DNA from: Podospora anserina
Taxonomy: Eukaryota
Direction: 5' to 3'
Length of the DNA stretch: 64,000 nt
Assembly: GCA_017654855.1 (NCBI GenBank)
Contig: CM030337.1
Span: 2,418,001-2,482,000 of the forward strand
Numbering within the stretch: the stretch's first letter is position 1; each line of letters begins with the position of its first letter. Shown one piece after another: positions 35,800 to 48,355 of the stretch. The notes beneath the pieces are model-generated. The model did not search any database. It was not told where the DNA came from and saw only the letters and a list, made by a program, of their open reading frames with translations. The translations under genes and the position numbers were made by a program.

Positions 35800-37774
35800 T
35801 CTTGTTAAGAGATAAAACGACGTATATATATATATATATGTCTCTTTGAGGCGATGTAGGAGCAAAAGCGATGCTGAATGGGAACCAAAAAAAAGCGAGG
35901 GGGTTAAGCAAAGATGTGGTGATGATGGCTGGGGGAGGGAGAGTTAGAGCGAGAGATGGGAGGGGAGGATGGAGGGGAGGTGGCAGCCCGTTGAATACCC
36001 GAGGAAGAGGCCCCGGGCAAGAGCAAGACTGGGCTTCACCTCCCCGTATTCACTTGGACCCGCTTAATCCACTTTGCCGGGCTCATCTCGCCAAAATGGA
36101 TTCACTCGGCGTCGACGGTGCTCTTGTAAATTCACTGGTTCCAACTTGTGGGAGTAGAGGTGACATGACTGTGGCTCTTGATACATAAGTCCTTAGGTTA
36201 CTCTCCCATCTTTAACGTCGGGATAGTGAATGTCACCGAGGCTGGGGGTGTTAGTAGGGGATGGGGGCTGCTACCACGGGGCACGTTAAGGACAAGAAAA
36301 TAGAGACAGTCTCCGTGAATGAGGGCCTTGGAAGATGGTGAGAAGACATCGGTACACAGGGAGTTGAAAGGCCCATGGTATAGATGATTGATCCTTGAAA
36401 GGATCGTCAGTAGACTTTTAAAGACGAGTAAGAGATAGTTGTGAAGCCTTTAGACATGGTCGGGAGGCATACTAACTATGTTCAAAGCCCTTGATATCTC
36501 GCCGCAGTCTTTTTTCTTCTGTCTACAGGGCCGTTAATGATAGTCTTGGGGCATGTTGGGTATCCCAAGGACGCAGCAAAGTTGTGAACAAAGGCGATGA
36601 TGTTAGCATGTATAAAAAGAAAGAGGACAGGCCGTAGACTAGACTGAAAAGATGCAGAAGACTAAGGCGGTTGATCCGTGCCCACGTGACATGTCCAGGA
36701 CTGTTTTTCACTCCCTTGATACCCCATCGGTCTCCTTTTCTGTTCACATCGTATGTGCTGGGTATGCACTTTGCGACTAGCACTTGGCATATTTTCACTT
36801 GATAACACTTGCAAGAGTGATCCCAGAATGTCAGGACGGAAGATGATGTTTGCTGTGATGGCTACCATGATGGCGGTGGCTATGCCTTAGCATTCATGAT
36901 GGGCATCCATACCATTGTGCGATGAATGATGGATTGGGTTTCCCCGGTTAAATATGGCAGTATAATGCTGTAAAACATTTGGAATCTCATGTCTATATTG
37001 TATCATGGAACATCACGGACTGGCCTGTGCTGGGAAAATAGCTGCATGGCTCTCTTATACAAGGTGCAAATACCCCTAAATTCCCCCCTGAGCAACAAAC
37101 ATCAACAAACTGTGCCAGCATGGAAACACTGACCTGTCCCTCAGTCGATATAGATTGCAGGATTGTACATATGCCAGCGCGCAAACAACATTTCATCATA
37201 CACATCACCGACACCTTCAGATACCATTCTTAGTACTCTCATTAGGTGATCTCTTTTCAGCTGCTGCCACAAAAGACTTTTATACCAGCAGGCTCCCATT
37301 CACCGCTTAATGATACTCAAAGATACCACATCGCCACCAATGTATGAAAAGCTGAGCTGGCAACCCTTCCTGGTTAGGTAGCCTATGATATGTTCGCTGT
37401 ATCTTTGTATAACTGAATCTGTTTTTGACTTTCTTTGATTGATTTCCCTAGCCAAAACAGAATGTGACTTTTGCAGCAAGCAGTCGGACTGGGTGACGCA
37501 CCGGTGGGCAAGGCATCATACGACACAGCATCTTTCCACTTGAGATCTCACATCGCAATTTTCTCTTGACTTTTCCTTTGATTGCATCTCACCAACATTT
37601 CTTACCAACATCACGAGCGAAGCATCGCGACATCTCGGGCAACAAACACATTCTCGCCGTTGCTACAGCAACCCTCAGGGGCTCTCATGAAAGCATGATA
37701 GCAATCCAAGACTTGATTTTAGCCTAGTACACTAAACTACCACCGAACCCATCGAGCGGAGATTCCAAGAAATG

Positions 37775-38215
37775 TATTCCCTTCATCTCAACAACCCCCA
37801 TTTTCACATTCCACTCAGGCCTCAACTCTTTTCTCACATTCTCTGTAAACCCCTCAAGAGCAAATTTACTCGCGTGATAAAACGCGCTGCCAGGGGCGGT
37901 AAGCCGGCCGCCGATGGAGGTTATATTCAAAATCACCCCCCCTCCCCTTTTACCACCAGACTGCCGCACGTGTCGAACCGCATGTAAGGTTAGTAAGGCT
38001 GTGGACCCCAGAAGTTTGTCTGGAATTGGTCTTGGGTAAGGGAGAGGTGGCGCGGGAGAGGAGGATGGACTCGCTGTCCCCGGTGAGGAGGTAGCCTCGC
38101 GTTGTTGATTACGATGTCCAAGGCGCCAAAGTGGGTGAGGGTGGTGGATATGGCGTGGGTGATGGTTGAGAGTGTGTGTTCGAGGTTTGCTGATTGTGAT
38201 GGTGTGATGGGGTGA
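37775..38215 (-). pseudogene. Short-chain dehydrogenase/reductase relic
   Basis: HFGALDIVINN, TNFWG, ILNITSIGG and YHASKFALEGFTE (YxxxK). Frameshifted and truncated at both ends. Confidence 0.8.
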
Positions 38216-38668
38216 TGTGACGATGTGCGGGAGGGGAGAGAGGTTGATGGCGGTTTATATAGATAATGATGAAGATGATGATTGGGGGGGGAGGGGGAGG
38301 GGGAAGCTTCGATGGCAGTGGGACTGCTATCGATGGACGGCGATGGTATTATTACCTATGCTACCAGCAACATATTCTTGTTGCCTCAATGACAGGCCGT
38401 ACAGCAGTAAGATATTCCCTTGTTGTCATATGGCAGTCTCTCAATATGGCGACCCACAGTAAGCAATACCTACCGTAGCATCACAGCCTTAACTCCGGCA
38501 TTCTAACCCGCAGCCGAAGCGGACGCTAGCGGACCGGTTTTGACGTGTTACCATCACCCGCCATAGCCATAGCCATAGCCATAGCCGGCACAATACCACT
38601 TGATCATCATAGGCCTGTAAATCTCAAATCAAATCTTCCATTGCGGTGCAAACATGCCTACCGTTCGA

Positions 38669-40441
38669 TCACCTCTCAACTTTAATCCCATCCGACTCAG
38701 GAGGCCCAACATAAACTACCAAAATCATCAGCACCCACTCATCATCAGACCCCAAAGAATCAACTCACCTTTCCTCGCATAAACCCCATACCAAACCGCA
38801 CTCAACACCATAAACCCCATAAACACCACAATCGCATAATTCATCGTCACCTCATCCACCGGCAACACCTGCGGCATCGAAAACAGCACCGTCTCAAACA
38901 CAATCCACAACACGGCAATCACATTCACCACCCACCCAACCTTCGCCCCCATCGTCCACCGCGCGGCATTCACCTCCCTCCGGCGATGCCGCATGCTGAT
39001 CGAGATCGGAATCGCATACGACACGGCAAGTGATATCACGCCCACAGAGACGAACGCCAAGAAGGCAGACGACGACCCAAGGTTGATCAGCCCGAGCAGC
39101 ATCTGAACAACTGTCGTCAGCGCCAGAGCCCAGATGGGCACCCCGTGGCGGGCATCAACCCTGCTCCAGAGTCTCGAGACAGGTATGGCCTTGTCGCGGG
39201 CGAACGCCCAGGTGCAACGCGACGCGGCGACGGTGATGGAGATGGAGCAAAAGAACGTGATGATCAGGACGAGGATGCTCAGTCCCAAGCCCCCAGCGGG
39301 GGAGCCCATGACGGCAGCAAAGATGTAAGGCAAAGCCTGGGCGACGGGGGCGTCGAGGATGTATTCCAAGGCCGGCATGGTGGCGCATATAGGGATGATC
39401 TACACCTGTGGTCAGCAACTCTCTCTCACGGACGAAAGGAATAGCAAGACATACGAAGAAAAGCCCAGCAACCCCCCCAACCGGCACACAAAGCGCAATC
39501 GCCCTCGGCAGCTTGACCGCCGGATCATCACACTCCTCCGCCATGGCCGACACCATCCCAATGGCACTGAACGTATACGCCGCCGGCAACACCCCGATGA
39601 AGAAGCTGAAACCCCCCCACCCACTCAAACTGGTATCATACCCCCCCAACGTCTCCCCCACCTCATTCCTCCCCACCTCCGCCTTGGCAGATAAACAAAC
39701 AAGCGTCACCAAAATCGCCACGGCAGTAAACGCCGCGCAGGCGGTATCAACCGCCGGCAGCAACCTATTCCCGTAAGCGCATATCAAAAACGTTATACCG
39801 CAGATCGCGTAGAAGATGAGCAGCAACTGCCACGGCTCAATGATAAAATCAGGGTGGTACAGCGCCACGCAGGCGGCGATGAGGGAGGCAAACCCAAAGT
39901 TGACCGAGAGAGTAATTGTCCAGTTGCCTATCAGCCAGGTCCATCCTGTGACGAAAGAGAGGACGGTGCGGAAGCGGGGAGGGGCGAGTTGAAAGGACCA
40001 GTAGTAGGGGCCTGCTGAGGTGGGATAGCGAGAGGCGAGCTCGCCTAGGGAGAGGGCGATGCACTCGTCTACGATCAGAACTAAGATCCAGCCCAGGAAC
40101 ATGGGGAGTTGGCCTGGTTTTGTTAGTTATTATCATTTGTTCTGTAGGCAAGGAAAGGACTCGCCCCCGCCGTAGATGGCGCTGATGAGGGGACCGCCGA
40201 AGCCGTAGGGTATCTAGAGTTCAAATCATCATCAGTCTCCTCTTTACCTTGCCCAGCATGGCGATGATCATACAGCAGCAATAGCCAAGCTCTGAAACAA
40301 CAGCGTAAACATTGACCGGTTCCGCTTCAGCTCAGGCTTGTACCCCAGCAGATTGATGATGTCCGTCTCGGGGGTGGCGTTTCCCAACTGCGCCTCGACA
40401 GCCCCATTGCCCACGGGCGGCTTCTTTTCCATGTCTGCCAT
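38669..40441 (-). CDS. APC-family amino acid/GABA/choline-type permease
   Basis: LGYKPELKRNRSM, GELASRYPTSAGPYYW, AMAEE, ASRCTWAFARD and MNYA; multiple introns; ends VYVGPPESDGIKVER*. Confidence 0.9.
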
Positions 40442-41062
40442 TTCTAGAGGTGAGTGATTCGGTACGGGCCGAGAAGCTACACTAGGCAGTGTACATGCAG
40501 GGCCAAGACGGATGGAGGGTATTCTTGGCAGTAGCGGTGGTGGTAGATTGCAGTAGACAACGAGATATGAGTGCTCGGAAAGAAAGGCCTTGGCGGAGGG
40601 TTTTATATGCAAGATTCCACGGCAGCGAGTGAACCAGTACAGGGGGGCGTTGATTCCCCCGCTAGGATGGAGGTCTCACAAGCTGTGTGCCGGATCACCA
40701 ACCAGCTGCCCCGCGTGCATCATCGGGTCGATAGTCTGGGATGGGGAAGCAACGACATATTGCCCGGGAAAGGGCGTGATAGGCTGAGGATGGTGTGTCA
40801 TGGTGGTGGTTGTACACGACGGCGCAGGGGGCTCGGAGCATGATGGATGGATGCAGATCTGGGGGATTCCGATGTTTTATTAGCTGACCGAGTAGGTGTG
40901 GTTGTGATGAGAATGCTTTGTCTGGAGCTGTAAATGGACAAATTGATCAATATCGGGGAGTCCATCCGGCGCTAATCCCCATCGAGCAAAAAAGTACAAC
41001 CAACCAACCAACCACTTACACATGCATAGCACCACGGCGTTGCATCGGAAGCTTTTGTTCCC

Positions 41063-41418
41063 CTTATCTCCACCATAGCTCTTATCAGAGAGGGGGGGCG
41101 ATTTGTATGTACATAAATGTCTTATCAACAGGTATCACAACGCATCATCTCCTCCCCAACCCAACCCAACCCCGCTCTTTGGGGGAGCTGTATACCACTT
41201 TCAGAAATAATTGGGAGAAAAAAAGAGGAAAATGAACCCAAAAGAAGAAGGTGATTACCGAGGTCGTGGTTTTGTAGAGGAGGGGGGGGGGGGAAAGAGG
41301 GCGCGGATGGCCGGATGGGTACATATATATTGATCCTACCTACCTTCGCAACCCAACAGCATGATGTCAACCATCTGCGTGCGGTGTTGTTGGTTCTCAG
41401 AGGGTAACTTTCTTATCT
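41063..41418 (-). promoter_or_regulatory. Cluster of four GATAAG (AreA/NIT2-type) sites
   Basis: CTTATC at 41063, 41081, 41121 and 41412 in the divergent permease/Amt intergenic region. Confidence 0.6.
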
Positions 41419-41563
41419 TTTTCGACATTGGGAAGATATTTCTTGCTTGCTTGCTTGCTTGTTACACACCACGAACAGCACCTTGTTTATTGGGTTGGGT
41501 GAATGACACACTTTTTTACCTCGTTGCTTTCCTTGTATCGATCCGATTCATTAAAGTAAGCAC

Positions 41564-41602
<39 letters not shown>
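41564..41602 (+). repeat. (GACA)n microsatellite
   Basis: About 10 tandem units just upstream of the Amt ATG. Confidence 0.95.
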
Positions 41603-41623
41603 CGATTGACAAAAAGAGGAAAA

Positions 41624-43252
41624 ATGGCCTCCTCGGTCGTCGCCGCCTGGGAGGACTGCGACAAGATAGACACCCTGTTTATCCTCGTCTGCACGGTAAT
41701 CTGCTGGACCATTGTCCCGACTGTATGTTTTCCCTCATCACCACACCATCATCACAAACCCTAACCCTCCCCTTCCCCCTTTTCCCTTTTCCCTTACCCC
41801 TTTCCCCTTTCCTCCCCCCCTTCCCCTTACAAGTCATTAACACCCCGCCCCCCAACCCCCCACAGGTAGGAATAGCCTACAGCGGCTACACCTGGCGCCG
41901 CAACTCCCTCACCGCCGCCCTCCCTGCTGTCCTCGTGATCTCAATCTGCTCCATCCAGTGGTTCGTCCTCGGCTACTCCCTCGCCTACGGCCCGGGAAAC
42001 GGCTGGTTCTTCGGCTCCTGGACCGCCCACCTCTTCCACCGCGACGTCCTCTCCTCGCCCGTCGGCACCATCCCCGCCATTTTGTTCAGTGAATTCCAGC
42101 TCGTCTTTGAAGCCACGGTCTGCGCCATCGCAGTAGGCGGGTTCGTAGAACGGGGCACCATCAAGTCCTGCGCGGTGTTCATCGCGTTATGGTCAACATT
42201 CATCTACTGTCCCCTCGCGCACATGGTCTGGGGGGGTGGTGTGCTGGGAGAGGAGCTTGGAGTGTTGGATTTCGCGGGGGGTGAGCACCATCCCAATTCA
42301 ATATGCTCCATCTGTTTGTATTGACTGTGAGATGGGAAAAAAGGAACCCCCGTCCACGTCTGCTCCGGCGCCACCGCGACCGCAATCTCCCTCTACCTCT
42401 CCTACCCCATCTTCCGCTCCAAGAAATCCCCCCTCCGCACCCCGACCCACATCCGCCTCCACCGTCCCGGAAACTCCTTCTTCCAGCTCGTCAGCATGAT
42501 CATCATCTGGGGCTCCTGGCTCGCCTTCGACGCCGGCACCGCCCTCGCGCTAAACTTCCAGTCCGTCATGGCCCTCTGCGTGACCAACCTCTGCGCCGCC
42601 TCCGGAGCCCTCACCTGGTCGGTGATGACCTTTCTCGAATCGGGCAAGTGGTCACTCGACGCGACGTTCATGGGCGCGATTGCCGGGTTGGTGATGATCA
42701 CGCCCTCGGCGGGGTTCATCGACATGCCTACTGCGTTCTTCTTTGGTGTCTTTGGCGCGGTCGTTTGTCGCCAGGCGTTGAGGATCAAGTTCACCAAGCT
42801 GGCGCATAAGTGGAGGTGGGTCGACAATGGGGATACCTTTGCTACACATTGTGTTGGTGGTGTGGTGGCCACCGTCATGACGGGCTTGTTTGCGCGGAGG
42901 GAGGTGGCGGCGTATGGCGGGCTGGATGTTCCCGGGGGGGTGGTGTTTGATGGGAACGTGAGGCAGTTGTGGGTGCAGATCGTCGAGGTGTTGGTCGGCT
43001 TCAGCTGGAGTTTCTTTGGGAGCTGGTTGATCATCGCGGGGATCGACTGCATCCCCGGGTTGGAGGTGCTGGCGGTTGACAAGTAAGTTCTCTTTTCGAG
43101 GGCATCTGAAGAGGATGGGCTAACCTACCGTGATTAGGCATATCCATGAGGGGCTTGACTTTCACGAGACCGAGGAGTCTCTCGGCATTTTGGTGCACCC
43201 CGAGGAGGAAGATTATACCCCTACCGACAAGGGGACGATTGCTCTCGACTGA
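41624..43252 (+). CDS. Ammonium transporter (Amt/Mep family)
   Basis: WFVLGYSLAYG, YCPLAHMVWGGG, LDFAGG|TPVH, GAIAGLVMITPSAGF and DTFATHCVGG; introns ~41723-41865, 42281-42342 and 43083-43137. Confidence 0.92.
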
Positions 43253-43334
43253 GTTCGCCCCCCCGGCGTGTCATCTGCATAAATCTTGACCTTGACTTGT
43301 GGTGGAGAGAATGTCTTGTAGTGTTAGGATCACC

Positions 43335-45364
43335 TCATCCGAATAGACTGTGGAGGCCTGTCTGGCTCATCACATCCAACCAGTGCGTCCGACGTGCCAG
43401 CCCAATCTCTTCGTCATACGCGGTCCAGACAGCACGCAGCAGCTGCTTGGCCACACCAATCGGCTTCGGTGGCAGGCTGTTCTCCAGCTGATCCAACCGG
43501 GCCATGATGAACGACCGGGCCTGTGACGTCTTGATGGCATTCTCGGACATCCCGGGCGTGGCGGCGAGGGAAGAGTCCGTGTCAGCGACAATACCCGATG
43601 TGGGCGTGGGGATCGCCGCCGCAGCCGTCGACTCGGTGCTGAGCAGGAAGCTCTGATGGCCGCGACCGAGGGAGACCTTCCTGTCGAACCGCAGCCCGCT
43701 CCCCGCGCAGAGACAGAGCAGCGGTTGGATACATCGCATGCTTCCAACTGGCAGAGCCCTGAGAACATCCGTGACGTGAAGGGCCAAGGGAGATACCCAT
43801 GCACTCCAGAGAATGGTTCCATCTTGGTCCGCCAAATCGGGCATTCGCTTTGCGACGAGATCGGGGAAAGTCTCGTACAGCTGGAGGAGTGATGAGAGCC
43901 GATAGGCTTGCGTAGCATTGTACAGATCAGTCGATATCGTCGAAGCCGTATCAGGCGTGAGGCTGGTCTCGACAGACGTGATATCAATGGACAGCAATGA
44001 CTCTTCGATCACGGTAGCCTCCTGGATGTCCCTCATGGCACCTTGCAGGACGCGATAGCTCGTCCCATCGTTATGCCGCCATCGTGTGCGGGACCGCCGG
44101 CAAAGGGCAACAGCCTTGCCGAAAAGTCGAAAGACGTCAGCAGAAACACCTGTCCATGCGTGCGGTGTTGCGGCCACCAGCGGTCCTTGATCTGTCGGCT
44201 CTGCCCAGCTGAGCATGTTGGCGAAGTCTATTTCCTCCTCCGACACCACACTCCTCAGCGCCTCTTCGTACAGCAAACATCCCTTGAAGAAGTCGAGGAG
44301 TTCCTGCGATTCGAAATCGAGCGTCTGGCGGTCGAGGATCTTCAGCACGTTGTGGGCCTGTCGTACGTATTGCTGGCCAAGTTGTCGCGACTCCATCCAG
44401 CACATGGACGAGCTCATACAGAACAAGGATAACAGGAGCTCAACCGGGAAACGCGGACGATAGCCTGTCGAGAAGGCGACGAGCTCTTTGTGGATGGCCT
44501 CGGCAGCCTTTCGGGGGGCGGCACGGGCCGTGTCTTTGATGACATGAGGAAGGCGCTCGACAAGCGAGGCTGCCGAGATGGCTTGGAGGGCATAGAACAC
44601 GGGTGTCGATGTGTTCCACAGTGTCGAGGTTAGTCGGCGGTAGGGGTTTGTCTGAGAGTCAAAAGCCGACCAGGAACAACAGACAGACTTGAACCAGTGT
44701 TCTATCAGGAACGTAGGAATATCCACCACTTGCTGAAACATCATGGGTTCCTGTTGCCGATTCGTCGGAGTCAAGCCGCCACTCTTCCGGGCGACGGGAA
44801 CAAGAGTGCCGCCATCACCGTCAGTACCATCGTCGACGGGAGCCTCTGACTGGGGTGGTGGCGAGAGGGTAAATGAAGACGGTGGCGGCGAGGCGGATAG
44901 TGTAGCCGACCGCGGTGCCGAGGAAGATTCCCGGCTTACAGCCGCAGCCGGGCTGGGAGTCGTCGGGCTTGCGGCCGGGACGTTGGCGTCAGACCCAGAT
45001 GGGTTGCCGGCAGGGGAGGCGGTCTTGACGATAGAGGCCGAAGCAGCGGTGACGAGCTGGGCAAAGTTGTCAGGCCCTGTCGTGTTAACCACCATCGGCC
45101 TTTCATGCTTGGTCGACCATTGGAGACGCTGCTGATAACCGGGGCACTGGAAGCCCTTCTTGAGACAGTTCTCACAGGCGGGTTTGGCTTCATCACATCG
45201 CAGCTACAGAGAGGATAGGTTAGTCTGGCCAAGGGGACAGAAAAGTTAAACTCAGAATCATCCTGGGCCGCGTACCCGCCTGACTTTACAAGTTCGACAA
45301 CCTATCGGTCAAAGTTAGCAACAGCGCGCGTCAGATAAGGCGGAGGAGGATCATCATCATCATC

Positions 45365-45399
<35 letters not shown>

Positions 45400-45463
45400 G
45401 GCTGTTGATGAGGGGGACGAGAAACTCTCGCGTACCAGTTCTCGACTTCTGTCTGTTCTTCAT
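43335..45463 (-). CDS. Zn(II)2Cys6 transcription factor with fungal TF C-terminal domain
   Basis: Spliced N-terminus MKNRQKSRTG|CRTCKVRR|LRCDEAKPACENCLKKGFQCPGY joins the 586-aa ORF. Confidence 0.88.
45350..45399. repeat. Compound (ATC)n(AAC)n microsatellite in TF intron 1
   Basis: Read directly from the sequence. Confidence 0.9.
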
Positions 45464-46289
45464 GGTGTGCTCTTCCTCATGATTCAATCCGGATCAAACA
45501 CGAAAACAAAAAACACTGGACAAGAGCGGAAAGCAAGGAGAAGAGAAGAAAGAGACTGGCTCGGGGGTAGTATGTCGGGATCATGCAGTCGACCAGCAGT
45601 AGTGCTTTCTTCCAGCCCGGGGGCACAGCCCAGCCAGCCATGGGCGGCCAGCATCGAGCTGCCTACCATTCACCCCCCCTCCCCTCCCCCCCAAGTCTCG
45701 TTGATAGGTGCATGGGCGACGGACCAATGATGGCGATCCCGACAATCAGAAGGTCGGTGACCCAGGCGGGAGCAGCCCCACTTCGGCTTCCTTGGAATCA
45801 GTGAGATCCAACCAATTAAGCCCGATGTCGAGCGCCACCAACAACCTGGATACCTTTTCTCGTGTTGATATGAGTTTGAGGGAAGTGAGGGGGGGATGAG
45901 GGGGGAATATCATGACCCCCACCTTCTCTCCAAAAGAGAAGCTGAAGTGAACATTCCAATGTTCCACGAGCCAATTTTCTTCTGCGCTTCAACGGCGCAG
46001 CTCGTGTGTCATGAAGCTCTTATCGATCGGGTGCCATCCCGCCAAGCCTTCTTCACTGCGACAACATGATCCCAGCTCCCTGCTTCCCCGCGTGACTTTT
46101 GGGTCCCCTTGTCCGCCGCTAGGCCGCGTTGGGCGGACCCGATGTTCTGGGGGCGGTTCGGAGTGCCAAGCCGGCGCCAGACACAGTTCCCGGGTCGGCC
46201 CACTCCGAAGATTAACAGCTGCTTGTCCGGGCCGATAATGTCATTCTTGGTTGATTGCTTTGTCATTTGGATTTGGTCAGTCTAACCTC

Positions 46290-47583
46290 TCACTTCCCCC
46301 CTCTCAAAATCTCCACCGCCTCTCCAGCCCTGACCCTCCACTCACTCTGATACCTCACACACCTCCCCACCAGCTCCCTCCACCTGTCTCCCACCACCTC
46401 CGGCAGCACCTCCTCCCACCCCCTCCTCTCAAAAGCCCTCCAACTCTCCCACGGAACAGTCCTCAACCCCTCCTTCCCGCCCCTCCCTGCCTCTGGCCAG
46501 GTCTCCTCTGTCGGACTCCCAATCGTCTTGAAGATACTCAATATCAACCCGAGCTGGTTCCCATCTTCGTGTACACCCCTACTTTCAAACAACGGCCTGG
46601 GACACGGCTTCATGATACACTCCGCCAACATCACGCCCGCAGCCCAGATATCCACCGCCGTGGTGTACGACTTGTTGCCGAATAGCACCTCAGGAGCACG
46701 GTACTGGCTTGTGCCAATGTCGAGGATTTTGTTATCCGCTGGTTCGGTTGGCGGTGAGTGCTCGGGTGACCAGGCTGTGCCAAAGTCTATCAGTGTGATG
46801 CTGGGGTCGGGAGATGAGGCGGAGAAGGGGGAGGATAAAAGCAGAGAGGAGGGTTTGATGTCCCGGTGGATGATGCCTTGGGTGTGTAAGTAATCCAAAG
46901 CCGAGAATAGAGCGACAAAGATGTGGTTAGTTTGTCGGGATGAGAGGGTGGTGTTGGATTCGGTGTGTTGCTCGAGAACCCGGTTGAGAGTCAGAGGCAT
47001 GTAAGGGAAGACGAGAACGAAGCGGGTGGATTGGTCATAAAATGTTTCGATGAGGCTGATGATGTTCTCGTGGGACAAGGACGACAAGAGCCTAGCTTCG
47101 AGGCGGGGGTTGTGAGGGGCGATGTTGGTTTCGACAATGACTTTAAGGGCGTAGGTATCGGAGCGATAGACTTGGGAGGTGGCGCCGTCATCGATGTAGT
47201 GACAGTTGGCATAGCTACCTATTTTGATGCCGGGACTTGCAGGAGTAGTGACACCTTCTGGTGGTGAGTATGGCGGAGAGGATGGTGGTGGATTGCAGGC
47301 GGAATCATATTCTTCCTACAGCCAGTTAGAGCCCATCGGCAAAGTAAGGATAAGGTAGGTAGTGAAACCTACTCTGCTGGTAGATGTCTTGTAAGCTTCA
47401 TCCTCAAAGCTAAACGCACCACCTCCAGAGGCAGCCAGTACCTTGGTTCTGTTTTGTTGTGCATATCATCAGTATCAAAAAAGAAAAGAGCTAACAATAA
47501 CAGCAATAAACCCACAGCCTCTGGATGTTGTCATATCGTTCCGAGGCCGTAAGTACAGCCCTCCAATCAGCCGAGTCTGACAT
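46290..47583 (-). CDS. CDK-like Ser/Thr kinase, probable Csk1/CAK-type
   Basis: YALKV, HRDIKPSS, DFG, YRAPE and DIWAAG; small 5' exons starting MSDSADWRAVLTASERYDNIQRL. Confidence 0.8.
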
Positions 47584-48355
47584 CTGGGAATGAGATGGTG
47601 GTGTCTGTGTGTTGAACCCCTGAATGCGTCCGCCCTGAGTTACCTTCCCGAGGTAAACGGCAGTTGGGGAGGCAGCAAGCAGTAAGATTGGCTATTGTTA
47701 GCTGGGAACAGTGATCAACTCTGAGGACAGTCTGAGGGAAGTAAAGTTTCAGAGAGACAAACTGCCCGCATTGGCTCAAGGCAGGTCACTATGATGATGA
47801 TGTTTCCAGAAGCTCTTCCAGAAACAGTTCCAGGGTCTTCTGCATCTGCTGTGGATCGAGTCCGATGCCCTGTGGAAGGATGCGGCTGGCTGGCGGTGCT
47901 TGGCATCGCCGGCAGGGAGCTCAGTGATTGGCTGGAGGGCAATTTGTCAATTCAAATGACGGGCTGTGCAGCTTCCCCACAGAAAATGCGAGCTTTCATC
48001 CCCGTGACATCAACTGTCCGCTGTCCACACTGTCCAGGTCCAGGCCCGAAAGCCGCGAACTTGCAATTTCAGACGCTGCCTGCACGCCGTTTAAGCTGCC
48101 CCAAGCAATTTATCATCGTCCCTTTGTCTTTTTGTATTCTTTTGCCATCTTCTTCTCACTCTCGCTATCTATCACTCTTTCTTTCTCTCTCTGTCGCCGC
48201 TCGGCGGCCAAGTACCACCGTTGCATTTACTGGCATGAGTTGATTTAACCAAACCCAGCGCCGCTCCGTCCCCTCCTCTCTTCGCTTGGCTCGGCCCTTT
48301 TGACTTTTGGCCAATTTGCGCCTCACGACCAACTCGTACCAGCACATTGCCGGCC

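Noticed and set aside
36200..37700. Possible degenerate gene
   Set aside because: Only short ORFs and no assignable motif.
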